Positions 54,876 through 64,000 of a stretch of 64,000 nucleotides of DNA are shown one piece after another. A program made the translations under genes and the position numbers. Source of the stretch: an uncultured Planctomycetia bacterium (GTDB taxonomy: Bacteria; Omnitrophota; Gorgyraeia; VGKH01; JBHPFN01). How positions within the stretch are numbered: position 1 is the first letter of the stretch; every line of letters starts with the position of its first letter. The notes under the pieces were generated by a model. It did no database searches. It was given only the letters and a program-made list of their open reading frames with translations, and was not told the origin of the DNA. The stretch lies in the NCBI GenBank assembly GCA_964406665.1, contig CAYOSQ010000009.1:6106-70105 (forward strand), written 5' to 3'.

Positions 54876-55034
54876 ATGAAAAATATTGAGAACAAAAAAA
54901 ACAAATTGTCAGCAGCCTTAGAAGAAATAAATAAATCAATTAAGCAAGTAAACTTTGGAGAAGTAGTGGTAACAATTCATAATGCTAAAGTAGTGCAGGT
55001 TGAAAAGAGAGAGAAGAAAAGATTTGATAAGTAA
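54876..55034 (+). CDS. YezD/DUF2292-like small protein (52 aa), absent from the ORF track
   Basis: MKNIENKKNKLSAALEEINKSIKQVNFGEVVVTIHNAKVVQVEKREKKRFDK. Confidence 0.75.
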   Translation: MKNIENKKNKLSAALEEINKSIKQVNFGEVVVTIHNAKVVQVEKREKKRFDK

Positions 55035-55120
55035 GAGCTACTACACAAGTAGAGCTAAATTTTAAAATTATATCAAGCCGACTGGACCACCAGAGGGATA
55101 GAATCTAAGGAGGTGGAGGC

Positions 55121-56407
55121 ATGGATCAAGTCCAGTCAGCAGGGAAAAGATTAAAATTACCTATTTTATTAACGGTTTTTTTAACTTTTTTGGGTATTTT
55201 GGGAGCTGCAGGTATTTCTTGTGCAGATGATGATGTGATAATGACTGAAATAAATGCACTTAAATCTCGTATTGCCCAGCTTGAAAACAAGTTAGCTGCG
55301 CAGGATAAAGAAGTGACAGGAATTCAGGAAAAAAGTATACTTCCTAGTATTGATGGTCTTACTATTGGCGCAGGTGCAACATTTGTTTTACAGGGCACTA
55401 ACAATGCTAACGGTGATGATCTCTCAGCAAATAGCGAGGATGTAATTGATCCAAGCTATTCAGTAGATATAACATTAACAAAAGAGTTTGAAAATGGAAC
55501 TGCCTTTATTGCTACAGAAGCAGGAGGGGGTGCTGGAGTCGATGATGAGCTTGCTGTTTTTAGCGCAGTAAATGCTGATGCAACCGGTGGAGATTCAAAC
55601 ATAGCTGTTACAGAAGCATGGTACCAGCACAATCTAGATCCTCTAACTGTTACTTTTGGTAAAATTGCTGCGGATGCTTTTATGGATGCCAATGAGTATG
55701 CAAATGATGAAACAACTCAGTTCTTAGGTTCAGAATTTAAACACTCATCAACCATAGAATTCCCTGACAATTCTGCAGGTTTCTTTTTCGGCTTAGCTCT
55801 TTCGGATATGTTCACCGCAGAGGCAATTATAATGGATGGAAATGCTGACTGGGAAGATATGTTTGAAGATACCTTTTATGGTGGACAACTTACAATTAGT
55901 CCTAGAATTGCCGGAAGACCAGGTAACTATCGTGTATTTGGATGGGGTAGTGGTCGTGATCACACTAAATGGAATGATTCATCAGTAGTTCAAAAAAGCT
56001 CTTATGGCTTTGGTTTAAGTGCGGATCAAGAGCTTACTGATATTATTGGTGTGTTTGCTCGCTACGCCTGGCAGAATCCTGAAGTTTACTTAAACGGTGA
56101 AAGTTTTTCACTTGAGCATTCATACAGTTTGGGAACGCAGATAGCCGGCGAACCCTGGGGAAGATCTGATGATGTTTTAGGAATTGCATTCGGTCAAATC
56201 TTTCCGTCAGGAGACTATAAAGATGCCGGCAGCAATTTAAATGCTGATGCCGAAGGACATGTTGAACTTTATTACAGCTATAAATGTAATGATCATTTAA
56301 CAGTAAGTCCTGATGTTCAGGTTATTATGAATCCTTACGGCGGCGATGCTACAAACGGAGATAATACTATTGTCGTAGGAGGCATAAGAGCACAGGTTGA
56401 TTTTTAG
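55121..56407 (+). CDS. OprB-like porin
   Basis: Signal peptide, coiled coil, ANDETTQF, ELYY, VSPDVQ, terminal RAQVDF. Confidence 0.8.
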   Translation: MDQVQSAGKRLKLPILLTVFLTFLGILGAAGISCADDDVIMTEINALKSRIAQLENKLAAQDKEVTGIQEKSILPSIDGLTIGAGATFVLQGTNNANGDDLSANSEDVIDPSYSVDITLTKEFENGTAFIATEAGGGAGVDDELAVFSAVNADATGGDSNIAVTEAWYQHNLDPLTVTFGKIAADAFMDANEYANDETTQFLGSEFKHSSTIEFPDNSAGFFFGLALSDMFTAEAIIMDGNADWEDMFEDTFYGGQLTISPRIAGRPGNYRVFGWGSGRDHTKWNDSSVVQKSSYGFGLSADQELTDIIGVFARYAWQNPEVYLNGESFSLEHSYSLGTQIAGEPWGRSDDVLGIAFGQIFPSGDYKDAGSNLNADAEGHVELYYSYKCNDHLTVSPDVQVIMNPYGGDATNGDNTIVVGGIRAQVDF

Positions 56408-56434
56408 ATAGATGATTATAAGGAGAAAAAAATA

Positions 56435-57070
56435 ATGCATATTCCAGATGGTTTTTTAACAGCAAATACATGGATACCGACTTGGCTAATGTCTATAGGG
56501 GGATTGGGATATTGTTTGAAGCAAGCCGGTAGATTATTAAAAGATAGAATGATACCGCTCATGGGAGTTATGGCTGCATTTATCTTTGCAGCACAAATGT
56601 TAAACTTTCCTGTAATGGGTGGGACATCAGGTCATTTATTAGGAGGGGTTCTAGCAGCGGTGTTGCTGGGGCCATATGCAGGTGCAATTGTTATTGCTAT
56701 TGTTTTGACAGTCCAGTGTATTATTTTTCAAGATGGAGGGCTTACTGCACTTGGTGCGAATATTTTTAATATGTCTTTCATAGGTGCAATAGGCGGCTAT
56801 ATGCTTTATAGCTTAATAAGGAAAGCAATTAATGGCAAAAGAGGCATAATGATCGCTTCAGCAGTGGCTGCGTGGATTTCAGTGGTTGCAGCATCAGCTG
56901 TTTGCGCTTTTGAGTTAGCTTTTTCGGGTACTTCACCACTTAGGGTTGCTCTTCCTGCAATGGTAGGAGTGCATGTTTTGATAGGTATCGGTGAAGCAAT
57001 AATCACTTGTTTGGTTATTGGTTTCGTATTAGAAGCACGTCCTGATTTGATTTATGGGGAGGATAAATAA
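56435..57070 (+). CDS. nikM: Ni/Co ECF transporter substrate component (NikM/CbiM)
   Basis: N-terminal MHIPDGFL; GTSGH; DGGLTALGAN. Confidence 0.92.
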   Translation: MHIPDGFLTANTWIPTWLMSIGGLGYCLKQAGRLLKDRMIPLMGVMAAFIFAAQMLNFPVMGGTSGHLLGGVLAAVLLGPYAGAIVIAIVLTVQCIIFQDGGLTALGANIFNMSFIGAIGGYMLYSLIRKAINGKRGIMIASAVAAWISVVAASAVCAFELAFSGTSPLRVALPAMVGVHVLIGIGEAIITCLVIGFVLEARPDLIYGEDK

Positions 57071-57072
57071 CT

Positions 57073-57366
57073 ATGAATAAGAAAGAAATACTTTTTGGTT
57101 TGACTGTTGCTTTATTTTTAGCCTTGCTTATTTCACCGTTTGCTTCATCGTGGCCAGATGGGTTGGAAAAAGTTGCAGAAGATAAAGGTTTTTTGGAATT
57201 AGGTGAAGTTGAGCCAATATTGTCTTCGCCTATTCCTGATTATCAATGGCCGGGATTAAACAACGAGGGATTTGCTACCGCGTCCGCAGGTTTAGCCGGG
57301 GTGTTAATTACATTTGGTGTGGTTTATGGTGTAGTGGGACTACTTAAAAAGCCTAAAACTCTATGA
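57073..57366 (+). CDS. nikN: PDGLE-domain protein (NikN-like)
   Basis: ASSWPDGLE..PIPDY. Confidence 0.85.
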   Translation: MNKKEILFGLTVALFLALLISPFASSWPDGLEKVAEDKGFLELGEVEPILSSPIPDYQWPGLNNEGFATASAGLAGVLITFGVVYGVVGLLKKPKTL

Positions 57367-58133
57367 GACATTCTTATCTAGACCACTATTGTGATATTGA
57401 TAGTGTGATTCATCGGATTGACCCGAGAATCAAGTTAATAAGTTTGCTCGGGTCAATCCTTTTTGTAATTCTTACTCCAGCTAATTCATTTATAGCTTTT
57501 GCGTTCTATGGCGTAGTTATTAGTTTGCTTTTAATTGTTTCAAAAATACCCGTAGGTTTTATTTTAAAACGGTCTTTGGTAATTATTCCTTTTGTTGTAG
57601 CGATTGCTTTATTTATTCCTTTTTTTAAACAGGGACAAATTGTTGGCAGATTTTACTTTGGAACGTTTCCAATTACAATAACATATGAAGGTTTAATGAT
57701 ATTTTGGAATATTATAGCAAAAGCGTATTTATCAATTCTATGTATGATTTTACTTTCAGTTACAACAAAATTTAGTGATTTACTTAAGGCAATGGAGAAT
57801 TTAAAATTGCCTAGAATAATCGTTATGATAATGTCATTTATGTATCGTTATATTTTTGTAATTATTGATGAACTTATGAGCATGAAGAGGGCAATGGATA
57901 GTCGTGCATCAGTTATAAAAAGGCATTCTCAGATAAAAGTGCTTGCTCGATTAATCGGAGTTCTTTTTGTACGTAGTTATGAGAGAGCCGAAAGGGTGTA
58001 TGCGGCTATGTGTTCGAGGGGATTCAGCGGAAAAATAGTTACGCTTAAAAGTAATTCGGTCAGTAAATTTGATATCTGCTTTCTTATTTGTTTATTTTTT
58101 GTTTTTGCTTTAATACGTTTTAACCTTATCTAA
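57363..58133 (+). CDS. nikQ: ECF transporter T component (NikQ/CbiQ)
   Basis: HRIDPRIK, YRYIFV, RSYERAERVYAAMCSRGF. Confidence 0.92.
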   Translation: MRHSYLDHYCDIDSVIHRIDPRIKLISLLGSILFVILTPANSFIAFAFYGVVISLLLIVSKIPVGFILKRSLVIIPFVVAIALFIPFFKQGQIVGRFYFGTFPITITYEGLMIFWNIIAKAYLSILCMILLSVTTKFSDLLKAMENLKLPRIIVMIMSFMYRYIFVIIDELMSMKRAMDSRASVIKRHSQIKVLARLIGVLFVRSYERAERVYAAMCSRGFSGKIVTLKSNSVSKFDICFLICLFFVFALIRFNLI

Positions 58134-58142
58134 AATAATTAT

Positions 58143-58907
58143 ATGAATAAAGAAATTGTTAAAGTCTATTCACTCAATTACGGTTATCCAGATGGTACCA
58201 TAGCCCTTTCAAATATTAATTTGGATATCTATCAAGGTGAGTCTGTTGCTATCATTGGTCCTAACGGCGCAGGGAAATCTACATTTTTGTTGCATCTTAA
58301 CGGAGTTTTACCGGAGTCATTTTCTTCTGAGAGCAATATAGTTGTTGATGATATAGAAGTAAATAGAGAAAATTTACCTGAAATTCGCAAAAAAGTAGGA
58401 TTGGTATTTCAGAATCCGGATGATCAATTATTTAATCCAACCGTATTTGAAGATATCGCATTCGGCCCGCTTAATCTAGGATATCCTAGCAAAGAAATAC
58501 AGCGGCGGGTAACTGTTGCATTAGAAAAAGTAGGGATGTATGGTTTCGAAAAGAAGCTTTCTCATCATCTTAGTTTTGGTGAAAAAAAGAGAATTTCTTT
58601 GGCCACAGTACTTTCTCTAGATCCAAAAGTTATTGCTTTAGATGAGCCGACTAGTAATTTAGATCCGAAAAGCAGAAGAGAGTTCTTGAATTTGCTTAAT
58701 CAAATGTCCACTACAAAGATTATTGCTACTCACGATCTTGAAGCTGTAGTTGAGACGTGTCAGAAAGTTGTAATATTAGATAAAGGAAAGATTTGTGCTG
58801 CAGGAGAAACCAGGGAAATCCTTTTAGACAAAGAACTTCTTGAAGTTCATGGATTAGAAGTGCCATATAGCCTAAGAGAAGTTTCTGTAGATATTATCTC
58901 ATCTTAA
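58143..58907 (+). CDS. nikO: ECF transporter ATPase (NikO/CbiO)
   Basis: GPNGAGKST, FQNPDDQLF, LSFGEKKR, DEPT. Confidence 0.92.
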   Translation: MNKEIVKVYSLNYGYPDGTIALSNINLDIYQGESVAIIGPNGAGKSTFLLHLNGVLPESFSSESNIVVDDIEVNRENLPEIRKKVGLVFQNPDDQLFNPTVFEDIAFGPLNLGYPSKEIQRRVTVALEKVGMYGFEKKLSHHLSFGEKKRISLATVLSLDPKVIALDEPTSNLDPKSRREFLNLLNQMSTTKIIATHDLEAVVETCQKVVILDKGKICAAGETREILLDKELLEVHGLEVPYSLREVSVDIISS

Positions 58908-58956
58908 AACAGTCATTAATTAGACAGACAAAATAATATTTGATATAATACATTTC

Positions 58957-59751
58957 ATGACTTTTTTAAATAAAAAGATAAAAATGAAACGACTTCTGAT
59001 AATAATAACTACAATTATAGTTTTTTCCATCTCGGCTTTTTTAATTTCTACTCCTAGGTTATATACAGTTCCTATTTTAACTTATCATCATATCGATGAC
59101 GAAGAACACAGGGATAGCCCGGCTGTAAGCATTGAAAACTTTTCCTGGCAGATGGAGTTTATCCAGGAGAGAGAATATAATGTAATTTCTTTAGACGAGT
59201 TAGTTGTGGGGATAAAAACTAATAAGAGGTTTCCTTTCAAAACTGTTGTGATTACCTTTGATGATGGTTATAAGAATTTTTATACGAATGCGTTTCCGGT
59301 TTTAAAAAAATATAATTTTCCTGTAACTATTTTTATCGGTTCTAAAACAGTAGGTAAGCAATTTATGACCTGGGGAGAGATTTATGAAATAAGGGACTGG
59401 GGGGCTGATTTTGGCTCTCACGGAGTTCTCCAGGCATATTTGCCGATAGAAAACGAAATAGTCTTACATAAAGAAATATTCTTAAGTAAAGAGACGTTAG
59501 AAAGTAAGTTGGAAAAAGAGATAAGATATTTCTGCTATCCCTTAGGTGGTTTTAATAATAGGATAAAACATTTGGTTAAATTAGCAGGGTACAGAGGTGC
59601 CTGCACGACAAATAGAGGATCTAATAGATTCAACCGCGATGTATATAGTCTGCAAAGAATTAAGCCTACCAACAAAGATACATCAGCAACGTTCTGGATG
59701 AAGTTATCTGGTCTTTATAACTTATTTAGAAGTCAGCGTGAACCTTATTAA
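58957..59751 (+). CDS. Polysaccharide deacetylase (CE4)
   Basis: PILTYH, ITFDDGY, GSH, FCYPLG; start may be ATG 58984. Confidence 0.87.
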   Translation: MTFLNKKIKMKRLLIIITTIIVFSISAFLISTPRLYTVPILTYHHIDDEEHRDSPAVSIENFSWQMEFIQEREYNVISLDELVVGIKTNKRFPFKTVVITFDDGYKNFYTNAFPVLKKYNFPVTIFIGSKTVGKQFMTWGEIYEIRDWGADFGSHGVLQAYLPIENEIVLHKEIFLSKETLESKLEKEIRYFCYPLGGFNNRIKHLVKLAGYRGACTTNRGSNRFNRDVYSLQRIKPTNKDTSATFWMKLSGLYNLFRSQREPY

Positions 59752-59752
59752 T

Positions 59753-60889
59753 TTAAATAAAATTGATGATGGTTTCTGCGGCTCGCTTTGTTGCGCCGGG
59801 TTTACCTAGATAATTCTCTAGTTTTTCCAGCTCACTTTTCATTTCGATTATTTTTTTTGGACTCAAGAGAAGATTGAGGGCTTCTTCAGCAATTTTCTTA
59901 GCCGTTACATCGTTCTGGATTAATTCAGGAACAATCTTTTTTCTGGCCACAACATTTACTAATCCAATAAAAGGAAGTCGAACAAGCATCTTTGCAATTA
60001 ACCAGGTTAAGAAAGATACTTTGTATATTATTATTAATGGTTTTTTTAATATTGCAATTTCTAGCGTTGCGGTTCCCGAAGCGCTTATAGCTAGATCAGA
60101 GGCGTTGATTCCATTGTAAGTATTTTCTCGACAGATTCTAATAGGTAGATTATAGCCAGAGGTATATTTTTTAATTGATTCATCATTCAATGAATGAGAT
60201 TGCAGGATGATAAATTGAGAGTTATTAATTTTGTCATGGATTATTTTTGCAGCTTCCAGCATTTCGGGCAAGAGAGATTTTATTTCTCTTTCTCTGGATC
60301 CGGGAAGAAGGCTTACAGTAACATTTTTTTCTGCTAGTCCAATTTCATTTAAGAATTGTTTCCTATCTTGAGAAATAGAAACAATATCTAGTAGAGGATG
60401 TCCTACGAAAGCAGCTTCAACATCGTGGCGACCATAGAGCTCTTCTTCGAACTTAAAAAGAACGATCATTCTATCTACGCATTTCTTAATAAGTTTTATT
60501 CTGTTTTTGCCCCAAGCCCAGACCTGCGGACTAATATAATAAATAACACGAATATTTCTTTTTTTTAATTCTTTGGCAAGTCTTAGGTTAAACCCCGGAT
60601 AATCAATAAGAATGACTGCATCAGGTTTTTCTTTGTCAATTTCAAGAAGAAAGTCTTTAAAGATTTTTTTAAACTTACTTAGGTTTTTCAATACTTCAGA
60701 AAAACCTACAACAGCCAGATCAACAATGTTATAGGTTATTCTTACTCCGGCTTCCTGCATTTTTTTTCCGCCTAAACCAAAAAACTCTATATCAGGAGAT
60801 ATTTCTTTTATTGCTTCAATTAAGTGTGCTGCGTGTAAATCGCTGGAGGCTTCTCCGGCGACGATCGCAAGTTTTTTTATCTTTTCCAT
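59753..60889 (-). CDS. lpxB: Lipid-A-disaccharide synthase
   Basis: AGEASSD, IDYPGFN, SPQVWAW, FVGHPL, LPGSR, SGTATLE. Confidence 0.97.
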   Translation of the reverse strand: MEKIKKLAIVAGEASSDLHAAHLIEAIKEISPDIEFFGLGGKKMQEAGVRITYNIVDLAVVGFSEVLKNLSKFKKIFKDFLLEIDKEKPDAVILIDYPGFNLRLAKELKKRNIRVIYYISPQVWAWGKNRIKLIKKCVDRMIVLFKFEEELYGRHDVEAAFVGHPLLDIVSISQDRKQFLNEIGLAEKNVTVSLLPGSREREIKSLLPEMLEAAKIIHDKINNSQFIILQSHSLNDESIKKYTSGYNLPIRICRENTYNGINASDLAISASGTATLEIAILKKPLIIIYKVSFLTWLIAKMLVRLPFIGLVNVVARKKIVPELIQNDVTAKKIAEEALNLLLSPKKIIEMKSELEKLENYLGKPGATKRAAETIINFI

Positions 60890-61800
60890 ATTTTTTGTTC
60901 GATTCTTATGGCAAGAGCTAGGGCGCTGGTTGCTTCTTCTCCGGAAACTATTGGTTTTTTATTATTGGTAATACAATCCAGAAAAGATTCTAATTCTTGT
61001 TTTAGGGATTCTTCACGTTCAATAGGAAGGGAGTTTTTCGCAATTTGCTTGCCATCTTTTTTATACATGAAGGCTTCTTGCTTTACGTAATCTAAAGAAA
61101 TATAGGTATCTTTTAAAAACAGCCTGATCTTTCTCATGGCCTCAGGAGAGACTCTGCTGGCAGTAAGGTTGCAGACGCAGCCGTTTTTAAAGGAAAGCCT
61201 AGCGTTAGCGATATCTTCGCGGTTAGTTAATATGTTTACACCAACGGCCTGTAAATCTTTTAAGCTGGACTTTGTTAAACCTAAAACGATATCAATATCA
61301 TGTATCATAAGATCTAGCACAACGCCGATATCAGTGGATCTACCGGAGAAAGGGCTTAAGCGGTGGCATTCTATGAAGCGTGCATCTGATGCAATATCTT
61401 TAATTGCTTGAAATGCAGAATTGAATCTTTCTATATGACCAACTTGCAATACTAAGCGTTGTTTTTTGCTTAAGCTTGTGAGTTTTTTTGCTTCTTTTAT
61501 TGTGGAAGTAATAGGTTTTTCTATTAAGCAGTGTATTTTTTTGGAGAGAAAATAGTGGGCGACTTCATAATGAAGTTTTGTGGGCACACATATGCTTACC
61601 GCATCAATGGTTTCTAAGGGTATCTTCTTATAATCAAGGTAAGGTTGTGCGCTAAACTCTTTGGCTACAACATCAACTTTTTCCTGCGAACAATCACAAA
61701 CTGCAACAAGCTTAGAATGCTCTTTAATTGCGGCATAAACCTTAGCATGTTTAGAACCCAGGTGTCCTGTTCCGATTACGGCTAAATTGATTTTTTGCAT
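60877..61800 (-). CDS. Gfo/Idh/MocA oxidoreductase (GnnA-like)
   Basis: GTGHLG, EKP, VGHIERFN, DLMIHDID; overlaps lpxB start. Confidence 0.88.
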   Translation of the reverse strand: MQKINLAVIGTGHLGSKHAKVYAAIKEHSKLVAVCDCSQEKVDVVAKEFSAQPYLDYKKIPLETIDAVSICVPTKLHYEVAHYFLSKKIHCLIEKPITSTIKEAKKLTSLSKKQRLVLQVGHIERFNSAFQAIKDIASDARFIECHRLSPFSGRSTDIGVVLDLMIHDIDIVLGLTKSSLKDLQAVGVNILTNREDIANARLSFKNGCVCNLTASRVSPEAMRKIRLFLKDTYISLDYVKQEAFMYKKDGKQIAKNSLPIEREESLKQELESFLDCITNNKKPIVSGEEATSALALAIRIEQKIWKR

Positions 61801-61866
61801 AGGTTAAATATAACAAATAACTCGACAAAAGTCAATTAAGATGCTAATATATCCGCTTAAATAGCC

Positions 61867-63663
61867 ATGAAAGACTATCTTAAAATACTTAAATTTCTCA
61901 AGCCACACAGAATGCTTTTTATCCCGGCAGTAGTATGCATGGGATTTTCTGCGTTGTTTGATGGTGTAACAATTACAATGATTGCACCTCTTTCCGACAG
62001 GGTGTTAAGCGACGGAAAGATTATTATTCCGTTTAATAATTTACCTCCATTTTTAGCTTCGCTGGTAGACAAAACTAATAATCTTCCTAGACCAGAGCTA
62101 TTGAATTATATTGCTTTTACAATTTTGGCGTTGTTTTTATTGAAAGGATTTTTCTTCTTCTGGCAGTCATATCTTATGTCTAATATAGGACAGAGGGCTG
62201 TTCGGGATATGAGACTTAGATTATATCAAAAATTCCAAGATTTATCCCTAGATTATTATAGCAAGAAACGCAGCGGAGAACTTATTTCAAGAATTACAAA
62301 CGATGTTATGCTTGTGGAAAATGCTGTATCATACGGAGTTACGGATCTTATCTATCAAACTCTGCAAGTAGCATTTTTTACTTTTTTGATTTTCTTCATC
62401 CATTGGAAGTTTGCCTTTATTTCTTTTATACTTTTTCCCTTAGTTGCCGGACCTATGGTTACAATTGGAAGGATGCTTAAGAAGTTGGCAAGAAGTTCTC
62501 AAGAAAAAATGGCAGATATTAATTCGTTGCTATTTGAGACAATCTCCGGTGTGCGCATTGTAAAGGCATTTTGTATGGAAGAATATGAAACTAAAAGATT
62601 TGCAGATCACAATAAAGATTTTTACAAGATTAATATGAAGTCAATCCGTAGGAATTTGATCTTAAGCCCTCTAACAGAGTTTATCGGAGCTGCCTGCGGA
62701 ATAACGATTTTCTTTTTAGGAGTACGCAATGTAATTGATGGATCTATTTCTTTTGGTACGTTTGGTTTATTTTTGGGTGGTTTGTTTTCATTAATCAGAC
62801 CTTGCAAGAAACTCTCAGGTGTAAATGCGATCATTCAAAAGGCAATATCTGCCAGTGAGAGAATACATGATGTACTAGAGACAGAATCCAGCATTAAAGA
62901 GAAAAAAGATGCAGCAACAATATCAGGAATTAACAAGACTATAGAATTCAAAGATGTCTGGTTTCGCTATGAAGAAGATACGGCAGATGTTTTAAAAGAT
63001 ATAAATATTAAGATAAAAGCCGGGGAGCTAATTGCTATTGTTGGCCCGACGGGAGCAGGTAAGTCAACTCTGGTTAATCTTATCCCTAGGTTTTATGATG
63101 TGACTAAGGGAAGAATTTCAATTGACGGAGTTAATCTAAAAGATATGAATACCAAATCGTTGCGTTCTTTGATAGCAGTGGTTACTCAAGAGACGATTTT
63201 ATTTAATGATACTGTTAAAGCAAATATTTCTTATGGAAGTGGCGATGTTAAAGATGATTTGATTAAAAATGCAGCAGAAATGGCTTTTGCTCATAATTTT
63301 ATTATGAAAATGCCAAAAGATTACAATACGATAGTTGGAGATAGAGGATTTAAGCTTTCAGGAGGAGAGAAGCAAAGATTGACCATTGCTCGAGCAATCT
63401 TGAAAAATCCCCCTATTTTGATTCTTGATGAGGCGACTTCACAGCTTGATTCTGAATCAGAGCGCTATGTGCAAGAAGCCCTAGACCGTTTAGTGCAAAA
63501 TAGAACAGTTTTTTGTATTGCCCACAGACTTTCTACTATCCGCAAAGCAGATAGAATTATTGTTTTAGATGATGGAAACATCGTTGATATTGGAAAACAC
63601 GAAGATTTGCTCTCCAAAAGTGGTCTTTATAAGCGACTTTATGAGACACAATTCAAAATGTAA
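61867..63663 (+). CDS. msbA: MsbA-like ABC exporter
   Basis: TMD plus GPTGAGKST, LSGGEKQR, DEATS, IAHRLST; divergent from lpxB. Confidence 0.82.
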   Translation: MKDYLKILKFLKPHRMLFIPAVVCMGFSALFDGVTITMIAPLSDRVLSDGKIIIPFNNLPPFLASLVDKTNNLPRPELLNYIAFTILALFLLKGFFFFWQSYLMSNIGQRAVRDMRLRLYQKFQDLSLDYYSKKRSGELISRITNDVMLVENAVSYGVTDLIYQTLQVAFFTFLIFFIHWKFAFISFILFPLVAGPMVTIGRMLKKLARSSQEKMADINSLLFETISGVRIVKAFCMEEYETKRFADHNKDFYKINMKSIRRNLILSPLTEFIGAACGITIFFLGVRNVIDGSISFGTFGLFLGGLFSLIRPCKKLSGVNAIIQKAISASERIHDVLETESSIKEKKDAATISGINKTIEFKDVWFRYEEDTADVLKDINIKIKAGELIAIVGPTGAGKSTLVNLIPRFYDVTKGRISIDGVNLKDMNTKSLRSLIAVVTQETILFNDTVKANISYGSGDVKDDLIKNAAEMAFAHNFIMKMPKDYNTIVGDRGFKLSGGEKQRLTIARAILKNPPILILDEATSQLDSESERYVQEALDRLVQNRTVFCIAHRLSTIRKADRIIVLDDGNIVDIGKHEDLLSKSGLYKRLYETQFKM

Positions 63664-63795
63664 AATCCAATAAAAAAACTTGCAAAAACAACTAGTTTTG
63701 ATATACTAAACTGCATTATCGAAATAATGCAACAAAAACTAACCATTTTAAGCAAAAAAAGCATAGTTTTAAACTAGGCACAATGAGGAGGAAGC

Positions 63796-64000
63796 ATGAC
63801 GGATGAATTAATTAAGCAGTTGCTTGAAGCTGGAGTGCATTTTGGGCATCAAGCCAAAAGATGGAATCCCAAGATGGAAAGATTTATTTTCGGCGAAAGA
63901 AAGGGAATTTATATAATTGACCTCGAAAAAAGCGTCGTATTTCTTAATGAAGCCAGGGATTTCTTAAAAGAATTAGCTTCTAAGGGAAAAACAGTACTTT
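63796..64000 (+). CDS. rpsB: 30S ribosomal protein S2 (3'-partial)
   Basis: [43 protein letters not shown]; GAGGAGG RBS. Confidence 0.96.
   Translation, partial: MTDELIKQLLEAGVHFGHQAKRWNPKMERFIFGERKGIYIIDLEKSVVFLNEARDFLKELASKGKTVL

Noticed and set aside
55035-56434. Cobalamin riboswitch for a cbiMNQO operon
   Set aside because: No B12 box seen; NikR, its operator and the MHIPDG N-terminus point to nickel

Overview
This is a 64-kb AT-rich chromosomal segment of a diderm, probably anaerobic bacterium; Candidatus Omnitrophota (OP3)-like is my guess from gene style only and is untested. 1-16.4 kb is a nitrogen-assimilation supercluster: a HydB/NuoF-like flavoprotein, an Fe-S subunit, an FMN-only glutamate-synthase-family gene, a divergent glutamine synthetase fused to an N-terminal excisionase/MerR-like HTH, and porin-amtB-glnK-glnA-Fis-like-gltB-gltD. 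Its leaders carry ANTAR-type hexaloop hairpins overlapping terminators, and two leaders share a covarying two-hairpin element. 16.5-40 kb is accessory DNA: XRE-Fic, hydrolase and hypothetical genes, a TonB receptor/periplasmic binding protein/hybrid kinase/Hpt/receiver cascade, a glutaminase-less GMP synthase, an esterase, a secreted HExxH protein and a DEAD-box helicase. A modular family of nested palindromic repeats, seen in empty and filled forms, separates many of these genes. 40-64 kb is mostly core: permease, carA-carB-carB-DUF1846-pyrG, MATE, a NikR-controlled porin-nikMNQO locus, a deacetylase, lpxB, a GnnA-like oxidoreductase, msbA and the start of rpsB. Best candidates for new biology are the HTH-GS fusion with its operator and attenuator-rich regulon, and the nested palindrome family. 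I saw no rRNA, tRNA, CRISPR array, transposase or integrase. All calls come from motif recognition by eye, with no database searches.
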